Virus record (IMG/VR): IMGVR_UViG_3300047356_000838 | Coordinates: 21,780-85,779 of that record | Direction: 5' to 3' (one strand) | DNA from: a virus | Length of the DNA: 64,000 nt | Made by a program: the position numbers and the translations under genes | In this document: piece after piece, positions 49,350 to 59,112 of the stretch | Layout: the number at the start of each line of letters is the position of its first letter | Position numbering within the stretch: position 1 is the stretch's first letter | The notes under the pieces: model-generated | What the model was told of the DNA's origin: nothing | Database searches by the model: none | The model's input: only the letters and a program-made list of their open reading frames with translations

Positions 49350-50467
49350 TGAAATATAATATATGGAACAAGTGGGATCCACTTAAAGTGTGCATGCTGG
49401 GCAATCATTATGCACCTGAATTCTTTAACGGCTGCGATACAAAAGCAAGCGATCCTCTAAAACGTATATGCGAAGAAACACTGGAAGATCTTGACGGATT
49501 TAAAACTATACTACAACAATTTGGTGTACAAGTTATACAACCTGAACTAGATCCTAATGAACGTTTTTTGGATAACCCACATAGGTACCCTAGAGGACCT
49601 TTGCAGCCGCGTGATGCACAACTTGTTTTAGGAAATGATTGTTACATAACAGGCAATGATCATCCATCAATTGCTAAGAAGTTAGACGAGTATAGTACTA
49701 CAAAAAACTTAAAAGAACAAATGTTCTATACTAGAGAAAACTATGAAGTTTTTGCTGGTGAAGATTATCCGCCCTATGAAGAGTACAGGGCTAATTTTCA
49801 GAATAAGGATTTTTTCCCTGACTTTGTTTGGGAAGAGTTGCAGACTGATACACCAGCATTAATATCTAGTGCAACTGCTTTTATGATAGGAACTAAACTT
49901 TATCTTGGTGATGATAACATGGAACAACTTATGGATGTTGTTTCAGAATTTATGCCTGCAATTAACCACTTTGATACCACAATAGTAAAAATGATCGGAC
50001 ACAGTGACGGCAATTTTCATCCAATTAAACCTGGCGCTATACTTAGTTTACACAATGTACAAACATACAGCGAAACATTTCCTGGTTGGGATGTGTGTTA
50101 TTTGCCTGATGAGAGTTGGGAAAAAATTGAAGGTTTTTGGAAACTTAAACAGAAAAATCAAGGCAAGTGGTGGCTTGCAGGTGAAGAAGATAATACTGAG
50201 TTTACACACTTTGTTGAAACTTGGTTAAGTGACTGGGTTGGATATGTAGAGGAGACAGTATTTGACGTTAACGTTCTTATGCTCGATGCTAATCATTGTT
50301 GTGTTAGTAATCCTAACAACGAACAGGTAAATGCATTTTTTAAGAAACACAAAGTAGAAGCAGTGTATGTGCCATGGAGACATAGGTATTTTTGGGATGG
50401 GGGATTGCATTGTATAACACTGGACCTTTACCGAGAAGGCACACAAAAAGACTATTTTAATCCTTGA
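49349..50467 (+). CDS. Amidinotransferase (pentein) family protein
   Basis: WDPLKVCMLG, PRD, GHSDG, VFDVN, WDGGLHCITLD catalytic Cys. Confidence 0.85.
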   Translation: MKYNIWNKWDPLKVCMLGNHYAPEFFNGCDTKASDPLKRICEETLEDLDGFKTILQQFGVQVIQPELDPNERFLDNPHRYPRGPLQPRDAQLVLGNDCYITGNDHPSIAKKLDEYSTTKNLKEQMFYTRENYEVFAGEDYPPYEEYRANFQNKDFFPDFVWEELQTDTPALISSATAFMIGTKLYLGDDNMEQLMDVVSEFMPAINHFDTTIVKMIGHSDGNFHPIKPGAILSLHNVQTYSETFPGWDVCYLPDESWEKIEGFWKLKQKNQGKWWLAGEEDNTEFTHFVETWLSDWVGYVEETVFDVNVLMLDANHCCVSNPNNEQVNAFFKKHKVEAVYVPWRHRYFWDGGLHCITLDLYREGTQKDYFNP

Positions 50468-50491
50468 CAATAACACATAAGGTGCTATAAT
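50464..50491 (+). promoter_or_regulatory. sigma70 promoter TTGACA-N16-TATAAT (extended -10), leaderless, for gp47
   Basis: TTGACA 50464-50469, TATAAT 50486-50491, ATG at 50498. Confidence 0.8.
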
Positions 50492-50497
50492 ACTAGT

Positions 50498-51508
50498 ATG
50501 AGTTTGTTCAAACGGGCCGCCGTATTCACGGATATTCACTTTGGCAACAAGAGTAATAGCCAAACGTTTAACCGCGACTGTCTCGATTTCGTAACTTGGT
50601 TTTGTAGTGAAGCCAAAGCGCAGGGTGCTGACACTTGTATCTTTATGGGCGACTGGCATCATCAACGTGCCAGTATCAATGTTGCTACACTAAACTATAG
50701 TTTGCAAGCATTGGAACTGTTAAACACAGCGTTTGATGTTATACACTTTATACCTGGCAATCACGATGAATACTACAGAGATAAACGCGACTTCAACAGT
50801 ATTGCATTTATAAACAAATTTGAGAACATACAATTACACAATGAAATTACTACTATAGATGGTGTAGCATTTATCCCGTGGTTAGTAGGTGATGAACACA
50901 AACAAATGCAGAAAATAACTGCTGACTATGTAATTGGACATTTTGAACTTCCTCACTTTTATATGAACGCTATGGTACAAATGCCAGATCACGGTGAACT
51001 AAGCAGCAATGACTTTGGTCGTTGTGGTACTGTGTTTACAGGACATTTTCACAAGCGACAGGAACGAGGCAATGTTGTATACACAGGCAATGCATTTCCT
51101 CACAACTACAGCGATGCTGGCGATGATGATCGTGGACTGATGATACTAGACTGGGACGGCACAAGACAGTTTATTGCCTGGCCCGATCAACCCCGATATC
51201 GCACACTGAAAATAAGTCAACTACTGGAAGGCCCTGAAAAATACTTGGGTCCAAAGACCTATGCTCGTGTTAACTTGGATGTGGACATCAGTTATGAAGA
51301 AGCAAACTTTATCAAAGAAACTTTTATGGAGGAGTATCAACTGCGTGAAATGAGTTTGATCCCTGTAAAAGTTGAGGACATGGACATGCAAATTTCAGGT
51401 GAGATCAACTTTGAAAGTGTAGATACTATTGTTACTAGTCAACTACAACAGATTGATAGTCAACAGTACGATACTAACCTAATGTTGGATATCTACAGGA
51501 ATCTTTAA
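50498..51508 (+). CDS. gp47: Recombination nuclease gp47 (Mre11/SbcD-like)
   Basis: FTDIHFG, MGDWHH, GNHD, GHFE, TGHFH. Confidence 0.93.
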   Translation: MSLFKRAAVFTDIHFGNKSNSQTFNRDCLDFVTWFCSEAKAQGADTCIFMGDWHHQRASINVATLNYSLQALELLNTAFDVIHFIPGNHDEYYRDKRDFNSIAFINKFENIQLHNEITTIDGVAFIPWLVGDEHKQMQKITADYVIGHFELPHFYMNAMVQMPDHGELSSNDFGRCGTVFTGHFHKRQERGNVVYTGNAFPHNYSDAGDDDRGLMILDWDGTRQFIAWPDQPRYRTLKISQLLEGPEKYLGPKTYARVNLDVDISYEEANFIKETFMEEYQLREMSLIPVKVEDMDMQISGEINFESVDTIVTSQLQQIDSQQYDTNLMLDIYRNL

Positions 51509-52644
51509 TGAAAGTATTTCAAAATAGTGATGTAGACACATTGCAAAGTGTGCTAATTGGACGTTGGTTCATGCCTGAGTATTTTGATTCAATAAGCAAT
51601 GATAACATTAGAGAGCCTCTAAAACGCATTGCACACGAAACACAAGAAGATATAGAAAGCATTATGAAAATTTTTAATGATCATGGTGTTCGTGTTTTAC
51701 AAGTTGATCATCCATACAAAAGATTTGAACAATCACAACTAGATTATGCTCCACTGGCAGTGCGCAACAGCATGCATGTTTTTGGTGATACACTGTATCG
51801 TTTCAACGAATATGAATATGACGAGTATATTCTTGACACTGTACAACCAGAAAAGTACTTTGATCTATATCCTCTGATTGTTGATGATGCTACAGTTGCA
51901 AAGAAAAACAATCCACCTTACAGTAGACAAAAATGGAATGAGCTCAGTGGTCCAGACTGGCCTACATTCCAAGATTATTGCACAAACAATTACACTCCAA
52001 AAACTGACTACATTGCTGAAGAATTAAAAGAATTTGCTGAAAGTATTGAATATGATGTTGGTTTGCAAATTCCAGATGGCTGTAACATAATACTTACTGA
52101 CTCACATGTTTATGTTGACAGTCACGAATATTTTAATTTCACTGATGTTTATAAACAACATATTGTTTTAGACAGAACTTGGGTAGATATTAATTTAAAA
52201 GCAGGACACACTGATGGATGCTTTAAATTCTTAAACAAAAACACTGTAATAGGCATTCGAGAACTTGTTGATTGTGATCTACTAGGTGTTACAAATTTAA
52301 TCGAACTTCCTAAAGTAAATTACCAAAATACACTTGTAGAATGGAAAAGTTTTAAAAGTCAGGTAAATGGCAAATGGTGGCTGCCCGGCGAGACCAATAA
52401 CACAGAGTTTACACACTTTGTTGAAAAATATCTCACACATCTAGTAGGCTATGCAGATGAAACATTTTTTGATGTAAATGTTTTACCACTTGATACACAA
52501 AATGTTTTTGTTGCATCTGATAACGATGAACTACATGCCATGTATAATCAACATGGTATAAATCCAATACCAGTTCCGTGGAGACACAGTTTGTTTCACG
52601 ATAATGGGCTACACTGCATATCTTTGTGCTTGCATCGACAGTAA
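51508..52644 (+). CDS. Second amidinotransferase-family protein
   Basis: GHTDG, FFDVN, DNGLHCISL; paralog of 49349..50467. Confidence 0.8.
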   Translation: MKVFQNSDVDTLQSVLIGRWFMPEYFDSISNDNIREPLKRIAHETQEDIESIMKIFNDHGVRVLQVDHPYKRFEQSQLDYAPLAVRNSMHVFGDTLYRFNEYEYDEYILDTVQPEKYFDLYPLIVDDATVAKKNNPPYSRQKWNELSGPDWPTFQDYCTNNYTPKTDYIAEELKEFAESIEYDVGLQIPDGCNIILTDSHVYVDSHEYFNFTDVYKQHIVLDRTWVDINLKAGHTDGCFKFLNKNTVIGIRELVDCDLLGVTNLIELPKVNYQNTLVEWKSFKSQVNGKWWLPGETNNTEFTHFVEKYLTHLVGYADETFFDVNVLPLDTQNVFVASDNDELHAMYNQHGINPIPVPWRHSLFHDNGLHCISLCLHRQ

Positions 52645-52658
52645 CTTTATAGTATAAT
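52630..52658 (+). promoter_or_regulatory. sigma70 promoter TTGCAT-N17-TATAAT, leaderless, for gp46
   Basis: TTGCAT 52630-52635, TATAAT 52653-52658, ATG at 52665. Confidence 0.72.
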
Positions 52659-52664
52659 AAACAC

Positions 52665-54428
52665 ATGTTCAAATTAGATACACTTACAGTAAAAAACTTT
52701 ATGAGCGTGGGTAATACCACACAGGCCATAGACTTTAACCGCAATGACCTTACACTAGTGCTAGGTGAAAACTTGGACACAGGCGGAGGCGATGCTGGCA
52801 GCAGAAACGGTACTGGTAAGACCACTATCATCAATGCGCTAAGTTATGCACTATATGGCAATGCACTCACAAACATTCGCAAAGATAACTTGATTAACAA
52901 GACTAACAGCAAAAATATGCTAGTAACCGTCGAATTTGAAAAAGATGGACTGAGTTATCGCATCGAACGTGGTCGTAAGCCCAATGTGCTAAAGTTCTAC
53001 ATCAACAACAGCGAACAAGAAACAGACGACAACGCACAGGGCGATAGCAGAGAAACACAAAAGGCTATCGAAGAACTGTTGGGTATGAGTCATGACATGT
53101 TCAAACATGTGCTTGCACTGAATACCTACAGTGAGCCGTTTTTGAGTATGCGCACCAACGATCAACGTGCTATCATTGAACAGTTGTTGGGTATTACTAT
53201 TCTCAGTGAAAAAGCAGAGAATCTCAAAGAGATGGTGCGTGTAACTAAGAACAAAATCCAAGAGGAAGAGTTCCGTATCAAAGCAGTTGAAGATGCTAAC
53301 GGCAAGATTGTAGAACAAGTTGATGCACTCAAACGCAGACAGCGTATGTGGCAAGAGAAAAAAGATCAGGACATTGCAAACTTTAAAACAGCAATCAATG
53401 ATCTAAGTCATGTTGACATTGATGCTGAACTTAGAGCGCACACTGAACTTGCAGACTGGAACACGCTAAACAATGCACAAGTGCAATTACAAAAGGATGT
53501 TGCAGCACTGCAGGCACAGGAAGGCAGAGCAGAGCGCGATGTTAAAAAAGCAAACAAAGCTCTAGTAGGATGGCAAGATGGAGTGTGTCATAGTTGCAAT
53601 CAAAGCATAGAACATTTGGACAGCCACAAACAAGAGATTGAAAAAGCGGAGAAGGAACATGACGAAGCAAATAATTTCCTTAGCGAGTTACAAACAGCAA
53701 TTACAGAGCTCAAAACTAAGCAAGAAACAGTCCCAAGCAAACCACGAACTTTCTATGATAGCGCCAATGATGCACACAACCATCGTTCAAGCCTATCCAC
53801 ACTGGAATCACAACTACAAAGTAAGCAAGATGAAAGTGACCCTTACACCGATCAAATAGCAGACATGGAAACTACTGCAGTGCAGGAAGTTACCTGGGAT
53901 ACAATCAACGAACTTACCCGTGTGCAGAATCATCAGGAGTTCTTGCTTAAACTTCTTACTAACAAAGACAGTTTTATCCGCAAGCGTATTATTGATCAGA
54001 ACCTTGCATACTTAAATACAAGACTAGAAGGATACCTGGGCGCAGTTGGACTACCACACACAGTGGTGTTCCAAAATGATCTAACAGTAGAAATACAAGA
54101 ACTGGGCAGAGACTTGGACTTTGACAACTTGAGCAGAGGTGAACGTAACAGACTTATACTTTCATTAAGTTGGGCGTTCCGTGATGTTTGGGAAAGCCTG
54201 TATCAACCAATCAACTTGTTGTTTATTGATGAACTAGTAGACAGTGGCATGGACAGTGCAGGTGTAGAAAACGCCATGGGTGTACTAAAGCGTATGAGCA
54301 GAGAGCGTAACAAAAGTGTATGGCTAGTAAGTCACAAAGACGAACTTATAGGGCGTGTGAACAATGTGCTAAAAGTTATCAAAGAAAATGGATTTACCAG
54401 TTATGATACTGATGTAGAACTAGTATGA
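52665..54428 (+). CDS. gp46: Recombination ATPase gp46 (Rad50/SbcC-like)
   Basis: KNFMSVG, NGTGKTT, CHSC zinc hook, LSRGE, LLFIDE, VSH. Confidence 0.95.
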   Translation: MFKLDTLTVKNFMSVGNTTQAIDFNRNDLTLVLGENLDTGGGDAGSRNGTGKTTIINALSYALYGNALTNIRKDNLINKTNSKNMLVTVEFEKDGLSYRIERGRKPNVLKFYINNSEQETDDNAQGDSRETQKAIEELLGMSHDMFKHVLALNTYSEPFLSMRTNDQRAIIEQLLGITILSEKAENLKEMVRVTKNKIQEEEFRIKAVEDANGKIVEQVDALKRRQRMWQEKKDQDIANFKTAINDLSHVDIDAELRAHTELADWNTLNNAQVQLQKDVAALQAQEGRAERDVKKANKALVGWQDGVCHSCNQSIEHLDSHKQEIEKAEKEHDEANNFLSELQTAITELKTKQETVPSKPRTFYDSANDAHNHRSSLSTLESQLQSKQDESDPYTDQIADMETTAVQEVTWDTINELTRVQNHQEFLLKLLTNKDSFIRKRIIDQNLAYLNTRLEGYLGAVGLPHTVVFQNDLTVEIQELGRDLDFDNLSRGERNRLILSLSWAFRDVWESLYQPINLLFIDELVDSGMDSAGVENAMGVLKRMSRERNKSVWLVSHKDELIGRVNNVLKVIKENGFTSYDTDVELV

Positions 54429-54955
54429 AATTTGAAATTGAATTTGAAGTAGAAACACATGACAGAACTAGTCCTCCGCTTATAACTGTTTGCAATCAAG
54501 AATTTGTGTTAAGTAATGGAATCTGTAAGATAGAGTTTGACTGCACTGAATCCAATGGATTCAATCTTGTTTGGAAAAACAAAACAGGAAGAGACACAGT
54601 TTGTAATAGCACGGGCGATATTGTTGCTGATAAAAACTTTAAACTTGTACGCATATGGATAGACGGGATACTAGCCGAATCTTGGTTTATAACTGATTGT
54701 GTGTACTATCCTGAATACTTTCGCGCTGAACATAATTGGCCCACTGAAATTAAAAGTCCCTATGTTATATCCTTTCCAGGATCCGTTGTGTTTTCATGGC
54801 ATGGCGATTTTTGGACATGGTATAAAAACAAACGCATGGAATATGCAACTATTGAAAATTTAGACTTAGATCCTGATCGTGTTTGGAAATTTGCAGGAAG
54901 TTACGCAATGTATCCAGAGCTAGTGTATGAGTTTGAGAATTTGTTAAATGAATAA
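54425..54955 (+). CDS. Hypothetical protein
   Basis: 176-aa ORF with ATGA-type coupling to gp46 and to the B12 radical SAM gene. Confidence 0.6.
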   Translation: MKFEIEFEVETHDRTSPPLITVCNQEFVLSNGICKIEFDCTESNGFNLVWKNKTGRDTVCNSTGDIVADKNFKLVRIWIDGILAESWFITDCVYYPEYFRAEHNWPTEIKSPYVISFPGSVVFSWHGDFWTWYKNKRMEYATIENLDLDPDRVWKFAGSYAMYPELVYEFENLLNE

Positions 54956-56513
54956 ATTTGTATTTGTAACACTGCCATCTGTAGAGCTAGAACGGCCACC
55001 AGCAGCCGCTGGCGCACTAGCACCTGTTATCAAAAAAGCAGGACTTGATCCAGTTATAAAAGATTTTACATTGTATTTGTTTAAAAATTTAAATTATACA
55101 ATAATACAAAAACTAGAAAAATACTGGCGAGGCAAGAGCGACGCACTTGACCAGGAGGCAAGAAACGCTCTTAACGAACATTTAGATATCTTTATTGCAG
55201 ACATACTCAGCAATAATCCAACTTGGATAGGCATAAGTGTGTTTAGTCGATTCAGTGTTGTGGCCGCTGACGAATTTCTACAAGCCCTAAAACACAGAAG
55301 CAATTACACTGGTGACGTAGTAGTAGGAGGGTCTGGGATTTCGTCAGAGCTTAACAGAGACCTTAAAAACGAGATTGGTGTTAAACAGAGTTTTGCAGAT
55401 CATGCACTTGAACAAAAACTTTGCACATACTTTATACAAGGCGACAGTGAAGAAAGTTTGCATGCACTACTAACAGGTGACACAAGTTATCCAGGAATAA
55501 ATGGAGTTACACCACCAAAACAAATAATGGAACTTGATGATTTACCAATGAACGATTATAGTCTAATTCCTCCTACAGATTATTTTCCTTCAAATATGCC
55601 AGGCGTGTATATTACTGCTAGTCGTGGGTGTGTGCGTAGATGCAGTTTTTGTAACGTGCCAGATCTTTGGCCTAAATTTAAAATGCGTTCGCCAGAAAAT
55701 ATTGTTGCTGAGATAAAACACAATGCTGATCAGGGAGCAAAGATTTTTCAATTCACAGACAGTCTTATCAATGGCGACTTGAGAAAATGGCGTGCTATCA
55801 ATCGAGGCCTAGCAGAGCTTAGACAAGATGAGAAATACAAAGACATTAAATACCTAGGACAATTTATTTGCCGTCCAAGAGCGCAGCAAACTGAAGAAGA
55901 TTGGTATTGGTATGCCCAAGGAGGCATGGATATAGCAATAGTTGGATTCGAAAGTTTTAGTCCCAGTGTTCGCACAAGTATGGGAAAATACTATCATAAT
56001 GAGGATATTGATTTTCATTTTGAACAAAGTTCCAAGTATGGAATCAAAACTATTGCACTGATGTTTGTGGGTTATCCAAACGAAACACAGGAAGATCACG
56101 AAATGAACTTGGAATTTTTACACAGATACAAGAAGTACGCTGATGCAGGTAGTATTATGATGGTTCGCTGGGGATACACTGGTATGTTTTTCAAGTCACA
56201 AAAAATTAATGACACGGAAATTGATATAGTGCTTGATCCAAAATTTGAAGAACGTTTTAGTTCACTTCCAGCAAGTTTACGAGATGTTGCCCTGGGCTTT
56301 AGTTGGGTAAATCGTATGAATCCCTCACTTACACTAAATGAACGTATGCGTAGAAGATTGGAACTACACAAGTTAAGCGTGGATCTAGGCTGGCCGCAAA
56401 CACGCTCAGAAGAAGAATTAACATTGTTAATTGCAATTATGAAACACCTAAAAAATGTAAATGCAGTTGGTGATCTTAGTTACTTGGATGAATTACAGGA
56501 CATGCATGACTAA
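54948..56513 (+). CDS. Cobalamin (B12)-binding-domain radical SAM protein
   Basis: N-terminal PP...L, IGISVFS, VVVGGSG, GDSE; ASRGCVRRCSFC, FTDS, GFES, VGYPNET. Confidence 0.9.
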   Translation: MNKFVFVTLPSVELERPPAAAGALAPVIKKAGLDPVIKDFTLYLFKNLNYTIIQKLEKYWRGKSDALDQEARNALNEHLDIFIADILSNNPTWIGISVFSRFSVVAADEFLQALKHRSNYTGDVVVGGSGISSELNRDLKNEIGVKQSFADHALEQKLCTYFIQGDSEESLHALLTGDTSYPGINGVTPPKQIMELDDLPMNDYSLIPPTDYFPSNMPGVYITASRGCVRRCSFCNVPDLWPKFKMRSPENIVAEIKHNADQGAKIFQFTDSLINGDLRKWRAINRGLAELRQDEKYKDIKYLGQFICRPRAQQTEEDWYWYAQGGMDIAIVGFESFSPSVRTSMGKYYHNEDIDFHFEQSSKYGIKTIALMFVGYPNETQEDHEMNLEFLHRYKKYADAGSIMMVRWGYTGMFFKSQKINDTEIDIVLDPKFEERFSSLPASLRDVALGFSWVNRMNPSLTLNERMRRRLELHKLSVDLGWPQTRSEEELTLLIAIMKHLKNVNAVGDLSYLDELQDMHD

Positions 56514-57036
56514 AATAGCAATTACAGGACACACCAGTGGTATAGGCAAAGCATGCGCTGAAGTGTTCAGTGCGCATGAAATATTTGGATATAGCACTAG
56601 CACGGGCTGGGATCTAGCAGAACCCTGGAAAATTATGAAGGATATACTACGCCAAGATTGTACTGTGTTCATAAACAATGCCTATTATCAAACTAGTCAA
56701 AGTGAACTTCTTAAACAAGTGCATGCGCATTGGAAAAATACCAATCGTACTATTATAAACATAGGGAGTTATATAACAGATTATCCACGATTGGAAAAAG
56801 ATCTGGACTCAGAGCCCTGGGAATATCGTGACAACAAACAGGATCTACTAGCGACTTTTCGCACAATTGCACAATCCAATACACAGTGCAATGTACATAT
56901 GATTAGCCCTGGTCCTGTAGATACTCCCATGATAAAACACATAGATACAACTAAAATGCATGCTTGCAAAGTAGCAAGCCTAGTTAATCTAATGCTGGAA
57001 ACCCCTTATTTGAAAGAAGTCACATTATATGATTAA
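56506..57036 (+). CDS. Short-chain dehydrogenase/reductase
   Basis: ITGHTSGIG, FINNA, NIGS, Y...K (YRDNK), PGPVDT; ATG at 56506. Confidence 0.85.
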   Translation: MTKIAITGHTSGIGKACAEVFSAHEIFGYSTSTGWDLAEPWKIMKDILRQDCTVFINNAYYQTSQSELLKQVHAHWKNTNRTIINIGSYITDYPRLEKDLDSEPWEYRDNKQDLLATFRTIAQSNTQCNVHMISPGPVDTPMIKHIDTTKMHACKVASLVNLMLETPYLKEVTLYD

Positions 57037-58117
57037 CAAATACGGATGGCAATTTTATCATTGGCACATTGAGCCAAGCAGCAAATGTAGTCTAAGATGT
57101 CCTAGATGTCCTAGAACAGAGATGCCAGACACGCCTTGGCTAAACAAAGAAATTAGTTTGGAAGAATTTAAACGTACTTTTACACCTGACTTTATTAGTG
57201 AGTTTGTGCAACGTTTTACTATGTGTGGAGATGTTGGTGATCCAATTTACTGTAAAGACTACTTACAAATTGTAGAATATATAAAAACTGTAAAACCAAA
57301 CTGTCATGTATATACTATTACTAACGGAAGTTACAAAACAGAACGTTGGTGGACTGAATTTGCTAGAATTAGCAACGAGTATGATACTGTAAACTTTAGC
57401 GTTGATGGATACGATCAAATAAGCAATGATCTGTACAGAGTAAACAGTAACTTTAAAAGTATTATGCAGGGTATGCACATCATGGGCCATCAGAGCACCG
57501 CTTTTGTAAACTGGGCAGCAATCTATTTTAACTTTAATCAAGATCATACACAAAAAATTGTAGAACTTGCAAAGACCAACGGCTGCGATGCAGTACAATG
57601 GACTAAAAGTACAAAATTTAGTAGTAAATATGACGGTGCATATGGTGAAGATTTGCTTGAACCTCGTCAAGAATTTATTAGTAAAACAGACAGATACGAA
57701 AGAAACACACAACTTTTAACTAATCGCACACAAAATACGAATCAATATTTGACAACTAACAAAGAAAAGTACTATAATACAAGAGAAGTAAATGGAATTC
57801 TACCTCTTTGTCTAGTAGGCAATCGAGGCATGTATATAAATGCTGAAGGCACAGTTCATCCATGTAGTTGGACAAGTTTTCCTTATCAAAGCATGAGTTT
57901 TGAAAATAAGACTATTAAATATGAAGATAGTTTTTTTGAAAAATATAGACATATACTGAACGTAAAAAATGGACTAACTATAGAACAAGTGTTAAATCAC
58001 GAGTTATGGGAAAAGTTTTTTACAGGAATGAAAAATGACACTTGGGTAGAATGTAGTCTAAAATGCAGAGCAAGCGTTGTAGATGAAAACTATGCAGTTG
58101 GATATGAAACAAACTAA
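57029..58117 (+). CDS. Radical SAM protein with C-terminal SPASM/twitch domain
   Basis: CSLRCPRC, CGDVGDP, TNG, FSVDG, C...G.VHPCSW...C...C. Confidence 0.9.
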   Translation: MINKYGWQFYHWHIEPSSKCSLRCPRCPRTEMPDTPWLNKEISLEEFKRTFTPDFISEFVQRFTMCGDVGDPIYCKDYLQIVEYIKTVKPNCHVYTITNGSYKTERWWTEFARISNEYDTVNFSVDGYDQISNDLYRVNSNFKSIMQGMHIMGHQSTAFVNWAAIYFNFNQDHTQKIVELAKTNGCDAVQWTKSTKFSSKYDGAYGEDLLEPRQEFISKTDRYERNTQLLTNRTQNTNQYLTTNKEKYYNTREVNGILPLCLVGNRGMYINAEGTVHPCSWTSFPYQSMSFENKTIKYEDSFFEKYRHILNVKNGLTIEQVLNHELWEKFFTGMKNDTWVECSLKCRASVVDENYAVGYETN

Positions 58118-58128
58118 GGAGACATACT

Positions 58129-58302
58129 ATGTCACACGAACAGATCGTAGAACAATATGAAGCATACTTGAAAGAGCATGCTGCATTTGAAGAAAAAGGC
58201 GTTAAAGCCGCAGCAACTCGCGCTCGCAAAGCACTGGGCGAAATTGGCAAACTTAGCAAGGCACGCCGCGCTGAGATTCAGGAAAAGAAGAACAATATGT
58301 AA
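58129..58302 (+). CDS. Histone H1-like Hc1-family small protein (not in ORF track)
   Basis: MSHEQIVEQYEAYLKEHAAFEEKGVKAAATRARKALGEIGKLSKARRAEIQEKKNNM; strong TAAGGAG SD; G.KAA..RARK motif. Confidence 0.8.
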   Translation: MSHEQIVEQYEAYLKEHAAFEEKGVKAAATRARKALGEIGKLSKARRAEIQEKKNNM

Positions 58303-58323
58303 TCTTGCATATATACAAAGCAC

Positions 58324-58749
58324 ATGGAACTTTGGTATTATAATGACGAAATTGTAGAAGAACTACCAGAAGGTACTGTGGGCTTTGTATACTTGATTAC
58401 AAACACAACTAACAATAGAAAATACATTGGCAAAAAACTGGCACAATTCAAAAGAACTAAACCACCTCTCAAAGGCAGAAAAAACAAAAGGCGTAGCACT
58501 GTAGAAAGTGACTGGCGCGAATATTATGGCTCATCAGATGAACTCAACGAAGATGTTGAAAAACTAGGCACACAAAGTTTCAAACGCGAAATACTGTTCT
58601 ATTGCACTAGCAAAAGTGAACTAAGTTACGTTGAAGCGAGAGAACAATTCAATTACAAAGTATTAGAATCCGACGAATACTACAATGGGCACATTAGAGT
58701 GAGAGTACACGGTAAAGGTATTCTCAACAACAAACAATTAAATGGCTAA
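58324..58749 (+). CDS. Stand-alone GIY-YIG nuclease-domain protein
   Basis: GFVYLITN...RKYIG, YYGSS, FKREIL, catalytic E (VEAREQ), YYN. Confidence 0.85.
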   Translation: MELWYYNDEIVEELPEGTVGFVYLITNTTNNRKYIGKKLAQFKRTKPPLKGRKNKRRSTVESDWREYYGSSDELNEDVEKLGTQSFKREILFYCTSKSELSYVEAREQFNYKVLESDEYYNGHIRVRVHGKGILNNKQLNG

Positions 58750-58751
58750 CA

Positions 58752-59075
58752 TAGTGTCATAATACTAATAATTTAGCGTTTACGGTCTGCGCATTAAACC
58801 GTCGTTGACACAAGTAAAACCAACTTTAGGCACAAAAGATAGCGGCTCTGAGAAAAAGCAACCGCAACTGAACACACATTGCTGTTATGATGTGTGCTAG
58901 GTTCCGAGACTATTCAGTGAAGGCTGAAGTAGGGGGTCAGCGGGTTTCCGCCTCCGTGTAGTAATACAATCTTCTTATAACAGTGAGTGATGGACTAGTA
59001 AGATATTCATTCAGTACTTCATCCGGAAACGGGTGAAGTATGAGCTCCGGTTCTGTAAGATAATCGTCGCTTCGC
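58752..59075 (+). ncRNA. Putative structured non-coding RNA (GNRA-capped helices, long-range pairing), class unknown
   Basis: At least 7 helices, GAAA/GTAA tetraloops, G-U pairs on the + strand; the only large intergenic gap in the window. Confidence 0.6.
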
Positions 59076-59112
59076 TAGTAAAAAAAAGTGAATGAAACGA
59101 AGTGAAATGAAC

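Noticed and set aside
2133-52644. Saxitoxin-like biosynthesis (carbamoyltransferase, amidinotransferase, APS kinase, dioxygenase resemble sxtI/G/O/S)
   Set aside because: No SxtA PKS-like gene or Rieske oxygenases; these families are widespread and the genes are split between two loci.
58840-58870. Hammerhead ribozyme core
   Set aside because: CTGAGA is not CUGANGA, and the three-stem geometry with GAAA/NUH could not be built.
58750-59075. Group I intron (GTTCCGAGACTA resembles the R element, AAGATA resembles S, GIY-YIG adjacent)
   Set aside because: No TAGTC partner for P7, the Q-like segment lies after rather than before R, and no interrupted host gene flanks the region.
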